From Patescibacteria group bacterium (lineage in GTDB: Bacteria > Patescibacteriota > Patescibacteriia > UBA1558 > UBA10009): DNA of 64,000 nucleotides. Position numbers and translations under genes: made by a program. How positions within the stretch are numbered: the first letter of the stretch is position 1; the number at the start of each line of letters is the position of its first letter. Location of the stretch: contig JBAZSE010000003.1 in NCBI GenBank assembly GCA_041662565.1, positions 108,636 to 172,635 on the forward strand, read 5' to 3'. Positions 20,436-30,265 of this stretch are shown here, in pieces. Under the pieces are notes generated by a model that searched no databases, was not told where the DNA came from, and saw only the letters and a program-made list of their open reading frames with translations.

Positions 20436-22703
20436 CTATCCAGATTTATTGTCAAAAAGTTCCGACCAACTTTTCCAACCTTTATCTTTATACGTTCTGT
20501 TAGGATGAGTGGGCCAGTTTAGTTCAGGATTAGCTTTTAAATATGCTTTATAGGAAAGCACGTTTTTAAAACTCATTTTTTTTACCTCTATTTCAAATTG
20601 TGAAAAACTCAAAAAAATTTTACTTTCTCTTTTAAATAATTTCGGCCAACCTTGCCAACCTTTGTCATGATAATAAATTTCTGGTTGAGACGGCCAACTA
20701 CTTTTTGAATTTTCTTTTCTATACCTATAATAATCCTTTTCGCTATCCAATTTCCTACCATCTGGAAAAGTAGTAGCACCCACTTCTAATTGAAATTCAT
20801 CATAATTAAGTAATTTTTCTCTACCAAATAATTTATACCAATCTTCCCAGCCCTTATTTTTATAAAATTGATTTGGATTCGAAGGCCAATTCAGCTCAGG
20901 ATGGTTAATTAAATATTCAGCATATTCTTCCAAACTTTTTAAACCAGCATCTCTGACTGCGATTTCAAAATCCGAATAGATTAAAAATTTTTTCCTTTCT
21001 TTATTAAAAAGCTTTAACCAGCTTTCCCAACCTTTGAATTTATAATGTAAGTCAGGCCTTACTGGCCAGTTTAACTCAGAGTGATTTTTAACGTAATTTT
21101 TGTAATCATCTACTGTTAATAAACCAGCAAATCTTACAGATTGCACGAAGTCATTAAATGTCAATTCCTTTTTTAGATCACTATCTATTCTTCCTTTTTC
21201 AATAAATTGCGATAAAGACCAGACCTCTTGAGGATCCACAATTACTCGCAAATTTTCTATCTGAATATCTGGATTAGAAACGTAACCATGACCAGCGCCC
21301 TTCTTCTCAAAATCTGACCTAACTTCTTTTGGCTCAAGCTCACTAGCCCTCGCGATTTCCGAAAAAGTTATACCCGGCTGACTAGCTTTTTCGTCCACAA
21401 AATCAACAATGTAAGACCATTTTTCTTGGTTATTGGGGTCAAGGCGCAAAACCCGTCCAGCCCGCTGTTCCGCAACCACCCTGGAAAGAGTTGGTTGTAA
21501 ATTTAAGGCCACGCTGGCTTTTGGTTCGTCAAAACCTTCTACCAAAATACGCACATTGCATAAAACCTTTATTTTACCTGATCTAAAATCTTCAATTATC
21601 TCTTTTCTTCTCTCCGGAGAAGTATTTGCTAATAAAACAGCCGAGGAAATGTTTTGCGCCATAAACATTTGTTCCATTTCCTTAGCATGATCTGTTCCAC
21701 CGCAATAAACAATGGCGCTTTGCCCTTCAAACATTTGTTGATACAGCTGGACGGCGGATAAATTACGAGCATGATTATTAACGACCTGCTTCAAAGATGC
21801 TTCGTCGTAATCATCCCCTTTTATTTTGACTTCGGAAAGATCGGTTGAGGTATAAGCCAAAATCGCCTTAAAGCGATTTAGCAGACCTTCTTCCACAGCT
21901 TCTTTAATAGACATCTCATGGATTTTATTGCTCAAAACCTCGCTCACGCCTTTTTCATAGGAATATTGAGGCGTAGCCGTAAAACCCAATTTAACGCAAT
22001 CAAAAGAAGCTAAAGCGTTTTGAGTTTTTTCGCCAATGGCTTTATGGGCTTCATCTAAAATAAGCAATTTAAAATCTTCGGGCTTAAAAGTGCCGTCAGC
22101 CACTCTTTGAACTAATGATTGATAAGTGGTAATTGTAACCTGCTTAGCTAAATCTTTATTTTCTTGAAAATAACTGCCATGTTCCAAATCCGTAAACTCA
22201 TCCAGTTTTGATCCTGTTTGGCCAACTAAAACTTTGGACGGCACAACAATCAAAGTTTTTACACCCATTGCATCTACCACCTGGGAAAATAAAACGGTTT
22301 TACCTACGCCGGTGGGCAATTTAACATAGCCCTCTTTTTGGCCTTCTTCTAAAGAATCCCTAATATCCTCAAAAACCGTAAATTGCCTATCGCGTAAAAC
22401 CCGGTTATCTTCTTGGCTTTTATGTTTTTCAATGTAAACATCTAGGTTATTTAAAACCCCTATCCACTCTTGCATATCATCCAATTCTTCATTGTTAATT
22501 TCAGCAGAGCCCCTATTATATCTTAATAGCTTTAAATAAATCTGATAACGCTCCGGAAATCTGGTTTTAATTTCTTCAATTGGTAACTTAAAAAGATCCT
22601 CTTGTTCCAAAGAGGGCTGCAATTTTTCACCTAAAAGTTCGCTGGAATCAGATACTTGCTGTTCAAGCTGTTCGGGCTGTTTTGGTTGAAACCATTTTTC
22701 CAT
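20436..22703 (-). CDS. SF2 DEAD/DEAH helicase (ResIII/SSL2-like) with four C-terminal ~60-aa repeats
   Basis: LPTGVGKT, ILDEAH, GFTATP, VEGFDEP, QRAGRVLR; repeats with WPxxPxxxYxxKGWxxW. Confidence 0.9.
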   Translation of the reverse strand: MEKWFQPKQPEQLEQQVSDSSELLGEKLQPSLEQEDLFKLPIEEIKTRFPERYQIYLKLLRYNRGSAEINNEELDDMQEWIGVLNNLDVYIEKHKSQEDNRVLRDRQFTVFEDIRDSLEEGQKEGYVKLPTGVGKTVLFSQVVDAMGVKTLIVVPSKVLVGQTGSKLDEFTDLEHGSYFQENKDLAKQVTITTYQSLVQRVADGTFKPEDFKLLILDEAHKAIGEKTQNALASFDCVKLGFTATPQYSYEKGVSEVLSNKIHEMSIKEAVEEGLLNRFKAILAYTSTDLSEVKIKGDDYDEASLKQVVNNHARNLSAVQLYQQMFEGQSAIVYCGGTDHAKEMEQMFMAQNISSAVLLANTSPERRKEIIEDFRSGKIKVLCNVRILVEGFDEPKASVALNLQPTLSRVVAEQRAGRVLRLDPNNQEKWSYIVDFVDEKASQPGITFSEIARASELEPKEVRSDFEKKGAGHGYVSNPDIQIENLRVIVDPQEVWSLSQFIEKGRIDSDLKKELTFNDFVQSVRFAGLLTVDDYKNYVKNHSELNWPVRPDLHYKFKGWESWLKLFNKERKKFLIYSDFEIAVRDAGLKSLEEYAEYLINHPELNWPSNPNQFYKNKGWEDWYKLFGREKLLNYDEFQLEVGATTFPDGRKLDSEKDYYRYRKENSKSSWPSQPEIYYHDKGWQGWPKLFKRESKIFLSFSQFEIEVKKMSFKNVLSYKAYLKANPELNWPTHPNRTYKDKGWKSWSELFDNKSG

Positions 22704-22713
22704 AGATTATTTT

Positions 22714-24078
22714 TTATTTAATCCACACCGTTTTAACATTAACAAATTCCCTAATGCCAAAGGATGAAAGCTCGCGGCCATAACCGGAATTTTTAATACC
22801 GCCAAAAGGCAACCTGGGATCGGATTTGACCATACCATTTATAAATACGCTACCCGATTCGATTAAAGTTGCCAGTTGCTTAGCCTTAACTATATCCTTA
22901 GTCCACAATGAAGCCCCTAGCCCAAATGGAGTGTCGTTGGCCACCCGAATTGCCTCTTGCTCATCTTTAACAATAATTACAGCCGCCACCGGTCCAAAAA
23001 CTTCTTCATTATAAACAGGCATATTTGACGAAATATTTGACAAGATAGTAGGCTCATAAAAATACCCTACTCTGTCCAGCTTCCTGCCTCCAACTTCCAC
23101 TTTTGCACCTAATTTGACCGATTCATCAACTTGCCTAATGACATCGTTAAGAATTTGCTCGGTAGCCAGTGGACCCATTTCGGTTTTTAGATCCAACGGA
23201 TCACCTGTAATGGTATTTTTGAATTCAACAGACATGGCCGTGATGAATTTATCGGCAATTTCTTTAACCACAATAAAACGTTTAGCGGCAATACAACTTT
23301 GACCGGAGTTTTGCAGACGCGCGATTTTGGCTATTTTGGCCGCATTTTGAATATCAGCGTCAGCCAAAACTATAAACGGATCACTGCCACCCAGTTCCAA
23401 AACGGTTTTTTTAATTTGCGAACCGGCTTTTGAAGCTACTTGTCGTCCGGCGTTTTCCGAACCGGTTAAAGTAACAGCGCTCACGCTTGGATGTTTAATA
23501 ACTTCAGACACTCGACTGGAACCTATTAAAAGGGTTTGGAAAACGCCGGCCGGAAAACCTACTTGTAAAAAGGCCCGTTCAATGGCTAAAGCGCATTGCG
23601 GCACATTGGAAGCATGCTTAAGCAAACCAACATTGCCGGCCATGATGGCCGGAGCGGCAAAACGAAACACCTGCCAAAATGGAAAATTCCAGGGCATAAT
23701 GGCTAAAACCCCGCCTAACGGTTCAAAAGACACATAGCTTTCGGAAGCTTCGGTTGCGACTTTTTCATCGGCTAAAATTTTTTCGGCGTTATCAGCGTAA
23801 TAATCACAAACCAAAGCGCATTTTTCAATTCCAGATATTGTTCCACTCATTGGTTTACCCATTTCCAAAGAGCACAAACGGCCTAAATAATTTTTATTTT
23901 CCCTTAAATTATTGGCCAGCATTTTCATTAACACTGATTTTTCGGCAAAGCTAACAAAACGCCAACGTTTAAAAACCTCGGCTGACAAAATCAGTTTTTG
24001 CTGAAGCTCAGCATTGGTCAATTCTGGAAATTCCTGCATTACTTCCAGAGTCGCGGGATTTTTAGAAATATAGGGCAT
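22714..24078 (-). CDS. gabD: NAD(P)-dependent succinate-semialdehyde dehydrogenase (GabD/Sad-like)
   Basis: IMPWNFPFWQVFR, LKHASNVP, LELGGSDPF, NSGQSCIAAKR, EEVFGP; true start MPYISKNP. Confidence 0.85.
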   Translation of the reverse strand: MPYISKNPATLEVMQEFPELTNAELQQKLILSAEVFKRWRFVSFAEKSVLMKMLANNLRENKNYLGRLCSLEMGKPMSGTISGIEKCALVCDYYADNAEKILADEKVATEASESYVSFEPLGGVLAIMPWNFPFWQVFRFAAPAIMAGNVGLLKHASNVPQCALAIERAFLQVGFPAGVFQTLLIGSSRVSEVIKHPSVSAVTLTGSENAGRQVASKAGSQIKKTVLELGGSDPFIVLADADIQNAAKIAKIARLQNSGQSCIAAKRFIVVKEIADKFITAMSVEFKNTITGDPLDLKTEMGPLATEQILNDVIRQVDESVKLGAKVEVGGRKLDRVGYFYEPTILSNISSNMPVYNEEVFGPVAAVIIVKDEQEAIRVANDTPFGLGASLWTKDIVKAKQLATLIESGSVFINGMVKSDPRLPFGGIKNSGYGRELSSFGIREFVNVKTVWIK

Positions 24079-24101
24079 ATATAGATTTAAGCTAGAAAAT
24101 A

Positions 24102-24140
24102 GGGCGAGGGCAAAAAAATTTTTACTTGGCCGAGCCCGCA
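24102..24140. repeat. Internally deleted copy of the 52125 palindromic element
   Basis: GGGCGAGGGCAAAAAAATTTTTACTTGGCCGAGCCCGC matches both arms of the 52125-52206 element. Confidence 0.7.
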
Positions 24141-24146
24141 ATTAAA

Positions 24147-25790
24147 TTACAAATCACAAGTTTTCTTCTTTAATTCTTCATTAAACACCAAAATATTTTC
24201 CGAATAATCAATAGGGCAATCAATTATCTTAACTCCTGGCATTTTCATCACTTTTACCAGCAAAGGTTTAAAATCTTCGGACCTTTCCAATCTAAAACCT
24301 TGAGCACCATAGCTTTCGGCGTATTTTACAAAATCCGGATTACCGAAAGACAAGCCAAAATCCTGATAATTGGCTGCCGCCTGTTTCCATTTAATCATAC
24401 CAAAACCGTTATCATTTAAAATAACCACTGTTAAGTTGAGCTTTAACCTTACGGCTGTTTCCATTTCCTGCGAATTCATCATAAATCCTCCATCGCCCAC
24501 CAAAGCCAAAACTTCGATTTCAGGATTAAGCAGTTTAGCGGCAATTGCCGATGGCAAACCTCCGCCCATTGTAGCCAAAGCATTATCCAATAAAACAGTA
24601 TTTTGTTCTTTAGCCGGATAAGCACGGGCGATCCATAATTTATACATGCCGTTATCCAAAGATAAAATGCCATCACTTGGCATAACTTCCCGTAATTCCT
24701 TAACCATTCTTTGGGGTTTAAGAGGAAAACCGGAATCTTTGGTTTTTTCCGACAAATGGTCCAATAATTTTTTTCGCAAACGCTGGTAATACGAAAAATC
24801 CCAATGCGCAGAGGGTTGAATTTTTTCTGTCATTGCCCAAATAGAATGAGCTACATCCCCAATCACCTCACAAACAGGCAAATAAACATCATCAACTTCC
24901 GCTTCAGAAAAGTTTACATGAATCACTTGATGTTGGTCGGGCGTTAAAATAACCGGCGGTTTTTCGGTAATATCATGACCTACGGCAATTACCAAATCGG
25001 CCTTGGCAAAAGCGCAATGGATATAATCGCCCGAGCTTAAAGCGGTATTGCCCAAGTAATATTCGGAAGTTTCATCAATTACCCCCTTGCCCATTTGAGT
25101 GGTAGCAAAAGGAATTTTGGTTTTAGCAATAAATTTTTCCAAATGTTTGCGAATTCGTTTGCGGTTGGCACCCGAACCAATCAAAATTAGCGGATGCTTG
25201 GCCTTTGAAATTAACTCAACGGCTTGATCTATGGCTTCCGGATCAGGCCCGGCGCGCCTAACCAAAATTGGTTGATAGGGCTGTAAATCGGTAAGTTCTC
25301 CTGCAATATCTTCGGGCAATTCCAAATGTACCGCGCCGGGCCGCTCGGCTTCAGCGCTTTTAAAGGCCTGCCTAATTAATGATGGTATGCGGTCAACCGA
25401 GGCAATGCTTTGGGAAAATTTGGTTAAAGGCGCCATCATTTTTACCACATCAATTATCTGAAAACGGCCCTGTTTGCTTTTTTTAAGGGGTTTTTGCCCG
25501 GTAATAACTACGATCGGCATACCGCCAAGCTGGGCATGGGCAATGGCCGTAACCATATTGGTAGCGCCAGGCCCTAAGGTGGATAAGGCCACTCCGGCCT
25601 TGCCTGTTAAACGCCCTATTGTTGCAGCCATAAAAACCGCGGCTTGTTCGTGACGGGTAGCAACAAATCTTATCTTTGACTTGCGGATTGCTTCCAATAA
25701 ATCCAAATTTTCTTCGCCAGGTACGCCAAAAATATATTTAACACCTTCAAGTTCTAAAGCGGCAATAAATAAATCAGCAGCAGTTTTCAT
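24147..25790 (-). CDS. ThDP-dependent enzyme, acetolactate synthase large-subunit-like (possible 2-oxoacid decarboxylase)
   Basis: FGVPGEENL, TRHEQ, STLGPGATN, GDGGFMMNSQE...ND ThDP motif. Confidence 0.9.
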   Translation of the reverse strand: MKTAADLFIAALELEGVKYIFGVPGEENLDLLEAIRKSKIRFVATRHEQAAVFMAATIGRLTGKAGVALSTLGPGATNMVTAIAHAQLGGMPIVVITGQKPLKKSKQGRFQIIDVVKMMAPLTKFSQSIASVDRIPSLIRQAFKSAEAERPGAVHLELPEDIAGELTDLQPYQPILVRRAGPDPEAIDQAVELISKAKHPLILIGSGANRKRIRKHLEKFIAKTKIPFATTQMGKGVIDETSEYYLGNTALSSGDYIHCAFAKADLVIAVGHDITEKPPVILTPDQHQVIHVNFSEAEVDDVYLPVCEVIGDVAHSIWAMTEKIQPSAHWDFSYYQRLRKKLLDHLSEKTKDSGFPLKPQRMVKELREVMPSDGILSLDNGMYKLWIARAYPAKEQNTVLLDNALATMGGGLPSAIAAKLLNPEIEVLALVGDGGFMMNSQEMETAVRLKLNLTVVILNDNGFGMIKWKQAAANYQDFGLSFGNPDFVKYAESYGAQGFRLERSEDFKPLLVKVMKMPGVKIIDCPIDYSENILVFNEELKKKTCDL

Positions 25791-25820
25791 TTGATAAATT
25801 AGAATTAGTTGCTTACTTAA

Positions 25821-27080
25821 TTATAAAAATAAACTCACAATAAATGCCATCCCCGCCATAGCCATTAAACCTAAACTCATGTAGCCAAAAAAGTTTGACC
25901 AAAAGCCATTAACATTTTCACCCATGATTTTTGACTTATTAGCCACCACAATAATCATCCCTATAAATAACGGGGCAATTAAGCCATTTAACACAGCGGA
26001 ATAAATTAAGGCCTTAATCGGATTTAAATTAGCAAAATTCATTAAAATACCGGCCACAATGGATAAAGCCATAATGCCGTAAAAACCATAGGCACGGCGC
26101 CATTTAAGAGATAAGCCCTCTTTCCATTTTAACAATTCTGCCAAAGCATAGGCGGTACTGCCGGCTAAAACCGGAATTGCCAATAAGCCGGTGCCGATAA
26201 TTCCAACGGTAAACAATAAATAAGTAAAATCACCGGCTAATGGGCGTAATGCCAAGGCCGCTTCGGCCGCTGAACCAATGTTGTAAATGCCAAAACGATG
26301 CAAAGTTACTGCCGTTGTAATAATAATAAAAAAGGTGGTTAAGTTGGAAAAAAGCATACCGGAAATTACATCAAAACGCATGCGTTTTAACTCCTCTGAA
26401 GTTACTCCCTTGCGTTCTTTAATGGTTGATCGTCCTTCGGCAATTTCTTCTTCCAATTCCTGGCCGGCCTGCCAAAAAAATAAGTAAGGCGAAATGGTTG
26501 TGCCCAAAAAAGCCACCAATATCATTAAATATCCTTTAGACCATTCCCAATGAATTAAAAACAAATTGCGCCAAACTTCGGGCCAATCGGTTACCACTAA
26601 CAACGCTGTTGCCCAGTATGCCAGCAAGCTTAGGCAGAGCCATTTTAAAATATGAAAATAAACCCGGTAGCTTAAAATAATTTCCAAAAATAATGAAAGT
26701 ACGGCGATTAAAACAATTAATAAAAATGTTGGGGCGCTTGGAGCCAATAAATTTACGGCCGAAGCCATCATGCCCAAATCCCCTCCAATGTTAAAAGTGT
26801 TGGCCAAAAATAAAAGCGCTACTGCCAAACCCAAAACCTTTTGACTGTAAAAACGCTTAAAAGTGGCGGCTAATCCTTGGCCGCTAACCATGGTAATGCG
26901 GGCGCACATTTCTTGCACGGCAATCATCAATGGCAAGGTAAATAAAGCGCCCCACAACAGCTTAAAGCCGTATTGCGCGCCGGCGGATGAATAAGTGGCA
27001 ATACCCGATGGATCATCATCGGCCGAACCAGTAATCAGCCCCGGCCCCAGCTTTTTAAAAAATTTGGCAATGATTCTCAT
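25821..27080 (-). CDS. NRAMP family divalent metal transporter
   Basis: LGPGLITGSADDDPSGIATYS, GTTISPYLFFWQ, about 11 TM helices. Confidence 0.9.
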   Translation of the reverse strand: MRIIAKFFKKLGPGLITGSADDDPSGIATYSSAGAQYGFKLLWGALFTLPLMIAVQEMCARITMVSGQGLAATFKRFYSQKVLGLAVALLFLANTFNIGGDLGMMASAVNLLAPSAPTFLLIVLIAVLSLFLEIILSYRVYFHILKWLCLSLLAYWATALLVVTDWPEVWRNLFLIHWEWSKGYLMILVAFLGTTISPYLFFWQAGQELEEEIAEGRSTIKERKGVTSEELKRMRFDVISGMLFSNLTTFFIIITTAVTLHRFGIYNIGSAAEAALALRPLAGDFTYLLFTVGIIGTGLLAIPVLAGSTAYALAELLKWKEGLSLKWRRAYGFYGIMALSIVAGILMNFANLNPIKALIYSAVLNGLIAPLFIGMIIVVANKSKIMGENVNGFWSNFFGYMSLGLMAMAGMAFIVSLFL

Positions 27081-27145
27081 GATGCTATTTTTAGTGCTAA
27101 TCGTTAGTTAATTTTAATGTAAAACAAGCATTTTAGCAATCAAAG

Positions 27146-27177
27146 AAAAAACCACCAAATTGCTTTGATGGTTTTTT
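27146..27177. terminator. Hairpin with flanking A/T tracts
   Basis: AAAAACCACCAAATTGCTTTGATGGTTTTTT. Confidence 0.45.
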
Positions 27178-27335
27178 CAATGGCTCAACAGTCGGATTAA
27201 GAGCCACTCTTTTAAGGGTTCTTTAATCATTTATGGGGCTATTTTGGAAGCACTCGGGTTAAGGGTTAAATTAGCCAAATAAGACAAAAAAAGTAAGCTG
27301 ATTTTAAAAGATAAAAAAGTGAGGGTTTTATGGTC

Positions 27336-27344
27336 TGTGGATAA
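27336..27344 (-). promoter_or_regulatory. Perfect DnaA box upstream of the methyltransferase
   Basis: TGTGGATAA (= TTATCCACA). Confidence 0.45.
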
Positions 27345-27385
27345 ATTATATGGATTTTATATAGGTATCATATTATAATATATAT

Positions 27386-28474
27386 ATGCCCAATCAAAAT
27401 TTTAAAGCAATATACTTTACTGATTATAAAGAAATAAACCCTAACGGGAAAAGTTTTAATCTTGCCTTTGGAGATAGACATAAAGATTTGTATAAAAAAA
27501 TAGCGAATTTAGCCAGTAATGAAATAAGAAATTTACTGGGCACAAATTCTTTTATTGAATTAGAACAACGGGCTAAAAATGAAGGCCTACAAATCAATAC
27601 CTATTGTCTTTGGTATCTATTTAAAAATTTATACAAAGAAAATGTGGTGATTTTGCCAAAAGCTAAGAAAGAAAAAAATATTGATCAGTTTATCAATCAG
27701 GTTATTCAAGGTGATTGTCTGGAAGTAATGAAAGAAATTCCTTCAAAATCAATAGATATGATTTTATGCGATCTTCCTTATGGCACAACTCAAAATAATT
27801 GGGATAGCATTATCCCCTTGGATCAGCTTTGGAACCATTATGAACGCATAATAAAAGACAGAGGGGTAATCGTGTTAACAGCTCAAGGACTTTTCACCGC
27901 GAGTTTAATGATTTCTAATCCGAAAATTTTCAAATATAAAATTACTTGGGTTAAATCTAAGCCAACTAATTTTCTTAATGCTAAAAAACAACCTTTAAGA
28001 AAACATGAAGATGTTTGTATTTTTTATAAAAACCAACCTTTTTATAACCCGCAAATGACTCTTGGCGAACCTTATAATAAAGGTTTTCGCAAAGATCAAT
28101 TTACCGGAAGTTATGGTGAATTTAAAACCGTTGAGGTTAAAAGCAACGGCGAGAGGTATCCTACCGATGTTATTTATTTTAAAACCGCTGAAAGTGAAGG
28201 GCAAGTTTATCACCCGACCCAAAAACCAGTAGAATTAGGTAGATATTTAATTAAGACATTTACTGAAAAGGGGGATATTGTTTTAGACAATACTTGCGGT
28301 AGTGGTAGCTTCCTTGTTTCAGCAGTTTTAGAGGGTAGAAAATTTATTGGGATAGAAAAAAATGAAGAAGTATACCTTCATAAAAAACAAAAGGTGGATT
28401 ATATTGAGATCTGCAGAGAAAGAATTAAAGAGGCAGAGCGAGTTTATAAAGCTTCTTCCAGTAAACTATTTTAA
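27386..28474 (+). CDS. Site-specific DNA methyltransferase (N4-C/N6-A, beta class) with N-terminal extension
   Basis: GDCLE, ILCDLPY (motif IV), HPTQKP, VLDNTCGSGS (motif I). Confidence 0.93.
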   Translation: MPNQNFKAIYFTDYKEINPNGKSFNLAFGDRHKDLYKKIANLASNEIRNLLGTNSFIELEQRAKNEGLQINTYCLWYLFKNLYKENVVILPKAKKEKNIDQFINQVIQGDCLEVMKEIPSKSIDMILCDLPYGTTQNNWDSIIPLDQLWNHYERIIKDRGVIVLTAQGLFTASLMISNPKIFKYKITWVKSKPTNFLNAKKQPLRKHEDVCIFYKNQPFYNPQMTLGEPYNKGFRKDQFTGSYGEFKTVEVKSNGERYPTDVIYFKTAESEGQVYHPTQKPVELGRYLIKTFTEKGDIVLDNTCGSGSFLVSAVLEGRKFIGIEKNEEVYLHKKQKVDYIEICRERIKEAERVYKASSSKLF

Positions 28475-29409
28475 ATACCGCTATAGAGCTCCTCTTTAAG
28501 AATATCTTTAGCTCTTGCTAATTCAGCGTCTGTTAAGTGACCTTTTTCTTTGAGCCATTTTAGAAGATGAAAATATTGATTGGGGTGTAAAATTGGTTTA
28601 ACAATTTTCTCTAAACCAGTTTCATTTTTAATGAATTCCAAATGTTCTTGATTAAGAACCCCTCTACCTATAAGATCGTAGGTAATTCTTATAGCGTCAA
28701 CAAATGTTAGGTTTAAATCGCCTTGTTTTACTCTGTCTTTTTCAACATCGGGCATTTCAATACTTAGTAAATCTTCAATTCCCGATAAACCATTAAGATT
28801 GCGGTTATAAAGCTCAATTTCTTGACCTCTGTAGGTAAACCAAGTTCTGCCCTGTTCAGTTAAAGAACCGCGGGGCAAATAAACTCCTTCTCTGGCAACT
28901 CTTTCTTTAGAGACCCAACCGCAAACGTATAGAATCCATTTCCTCTGTCTTCTGGTGCCCGGCAAAGAACTTTTTTTCTTGCCGGGATTTTCTAAATGAG
29001 TTAATAAGTAAATATCGGCATCAAGCTGATCGTCGTTGATTTGACGAGCGAAAAAATTATGCTTTGCTTCTCTGGGAATACCATCGTCACTTTCATAAAG
29101 TTCTTTGAATGGGAGATTGCCACCACGACACTTAACATCAACCTTAATTCCAGAAGGCAATAAAATATCATAACCTAGCGGATGATTTTCTGGATTAATT
29201 TCCGGCATGCCTAGTTTATTTCTGACAACTATTTCTGCTAAAGCGCCAAAGCCCTGTTCCTCTATGTTTCCACGTTCAGCGCCAGTTCTATTTTGATTTT
29301 GCTCAATATATTCTGATGCTTTTTGGCGTAAGGCAAAACCTTCTTCACCTATTAATTTTATTACGATTGGTGTCGGATTCTTGTATTGATACATATCATT
29401 ATTAAACAA
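28471..29409 (-). CDS. Putative type II restriction endonuclease (PD-(D/E)xK)
   Basis: GALAE...GYDILL...VDVKCR catalytic pattern; convergent with the MTase, overlapping by 4 bp. Confidence 0.7.
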   Translation of the reverse strand: MFNNDMYQYKNPTPIVIKLIGEEGFALRQKASEYIEQNQNRTGAERGNIEEQGFGALAEIVVRNKLGMPEINPENHPLGYDILLPSGIKVDVKCRGGNLPFKELYESDDGIPREAKHNFFARQINDDQLDADIYLLTHLENPGKKKSSLPGTRRQRKWILYVCGWVSKERVAREGVYLPRGSLTEQGRTWFTYRGQEIELYNRNLNGLSGIEDLLSIEMPDVEKDRVKQGDLNLTFVDAIRITYDLIGRGVLNQEHLEFIKNETGLEKIVKPILHPNQYFHLLKWLKEKGHLTDAELARAKDILKEELYSGI

Positions 29410-29419
29410 TTAAATAAAC

Positions 29420-30265
29420 CTATTTATTGCCATTGAGCTTGCCGTGCACTTTTTGAATCGCCTCACGGGCTTTGGTCGCTTTATCAGCCTTCTCTTTCTG
29501 TATAATTTTCTCGTCGAGAATCTGCTCAATACCTATTTTGATCGTCTCGAAATATTGTAGGCACTCATCCTCGGTAAGCTCATGTATTCCTTTGCTCAAG
29601 ATTGCATACAGCACTTTATTTTCTACGAGAAAATCAGGAAGGTTACTTTTAAGCATGCCTATTTTTTCGTCCATGCTTACTAGTTTATAATTATCCTCAT
29701 TAAATCCCTCTTCTTTTAACGAAAGCTCATGAGCCTCTTCAATAAGATTTTCAAAAACGCGACGAAGGTATACAAACGAACCAATCCCCACTCCGTGAGC
29801 AGCGACTCCTACGCCTCTTGTTAATTCTTTATATTGTTCTTCACCAAGGATCTTCCTATATTTTCCAACTTGTGGAATCTGAAAGTCTGCGACAGAAGGA
29901 AATTGTCCAACTTTTTGAAATTTATTTGTACCAGCAGCCGTAAAATAATAAGATCTATAACAATGACTATGATTATGCGCGCAATGCCAATTAAATTCTT
30001 CAAGCTTATTTTCTATTTGCGAAAGCCATTGATCAAATACCCACCTTGAGGAAGAATTAGATTTAAACACACTCTCTTTTTTACACCAGATACAATAAGC
30101 GTCAATCGTACCAGAAAAAGTTGTTAACTCATAAATTTTTTCTTTAACTTCCTTGATAAGTAAATTATAGGAACGATAAAGAGGCATTTCCAAATGAAAT
30201 ATTTTTGGTAATTCTAGGTATGGGTCATTTTGGATATTAATACTTTGTTCTTCTGAATTTTCCAT
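29420..30265 (-). CDS. Hypothetical protein, Zn-binding N-domain and DUF4145/HEPN-like C-domain
   Basis: CIWC...CAHNHSH; YLRRVFENLI...ILSKGIHE. Confidence 0.6.
   Translation of the reverse strand: MENSEEQSINIQNDPYLELPKIFHLEMPLYRSYNLLIKEVKEKIYELTTFSGTIDAYCIWCKKESVFKSNSSSRWVFDQWLSQIENKLEEFNWHCAHNHSHCYRSYYFTAAGTNKFQKVGQFPSVADFQIPQVGKYRKILGEEQYKELTRGVGVAAHGVGIGSFVYLRRVFENLIEEAHELSLKEEGFNEDNYKLVSMDEKIGMLKSNLPDFLVENKVLYAILSKGIHELTEDECLQYFETIKIGIEQILDEKIIQKEKADKATKAREAIQKVHGKLNGNK

Noticed and set aside
20436-22703. Helicase as type III or type I restriction subunit
   Set aside because: No nuclease domain and no adjacent mod/hsd genes
27085-27112. TTAGCACT half-site / weak palindrome upstream of the NRAMP gene
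   Set aside because: No second CIRCE arm and no convincing DtxR/MntR box
27178-27206. ATGGCTC as an att-like duplicate of the tRNA-Gln 3' end
   Set aside because: Only 7 bp of identity; too short to support
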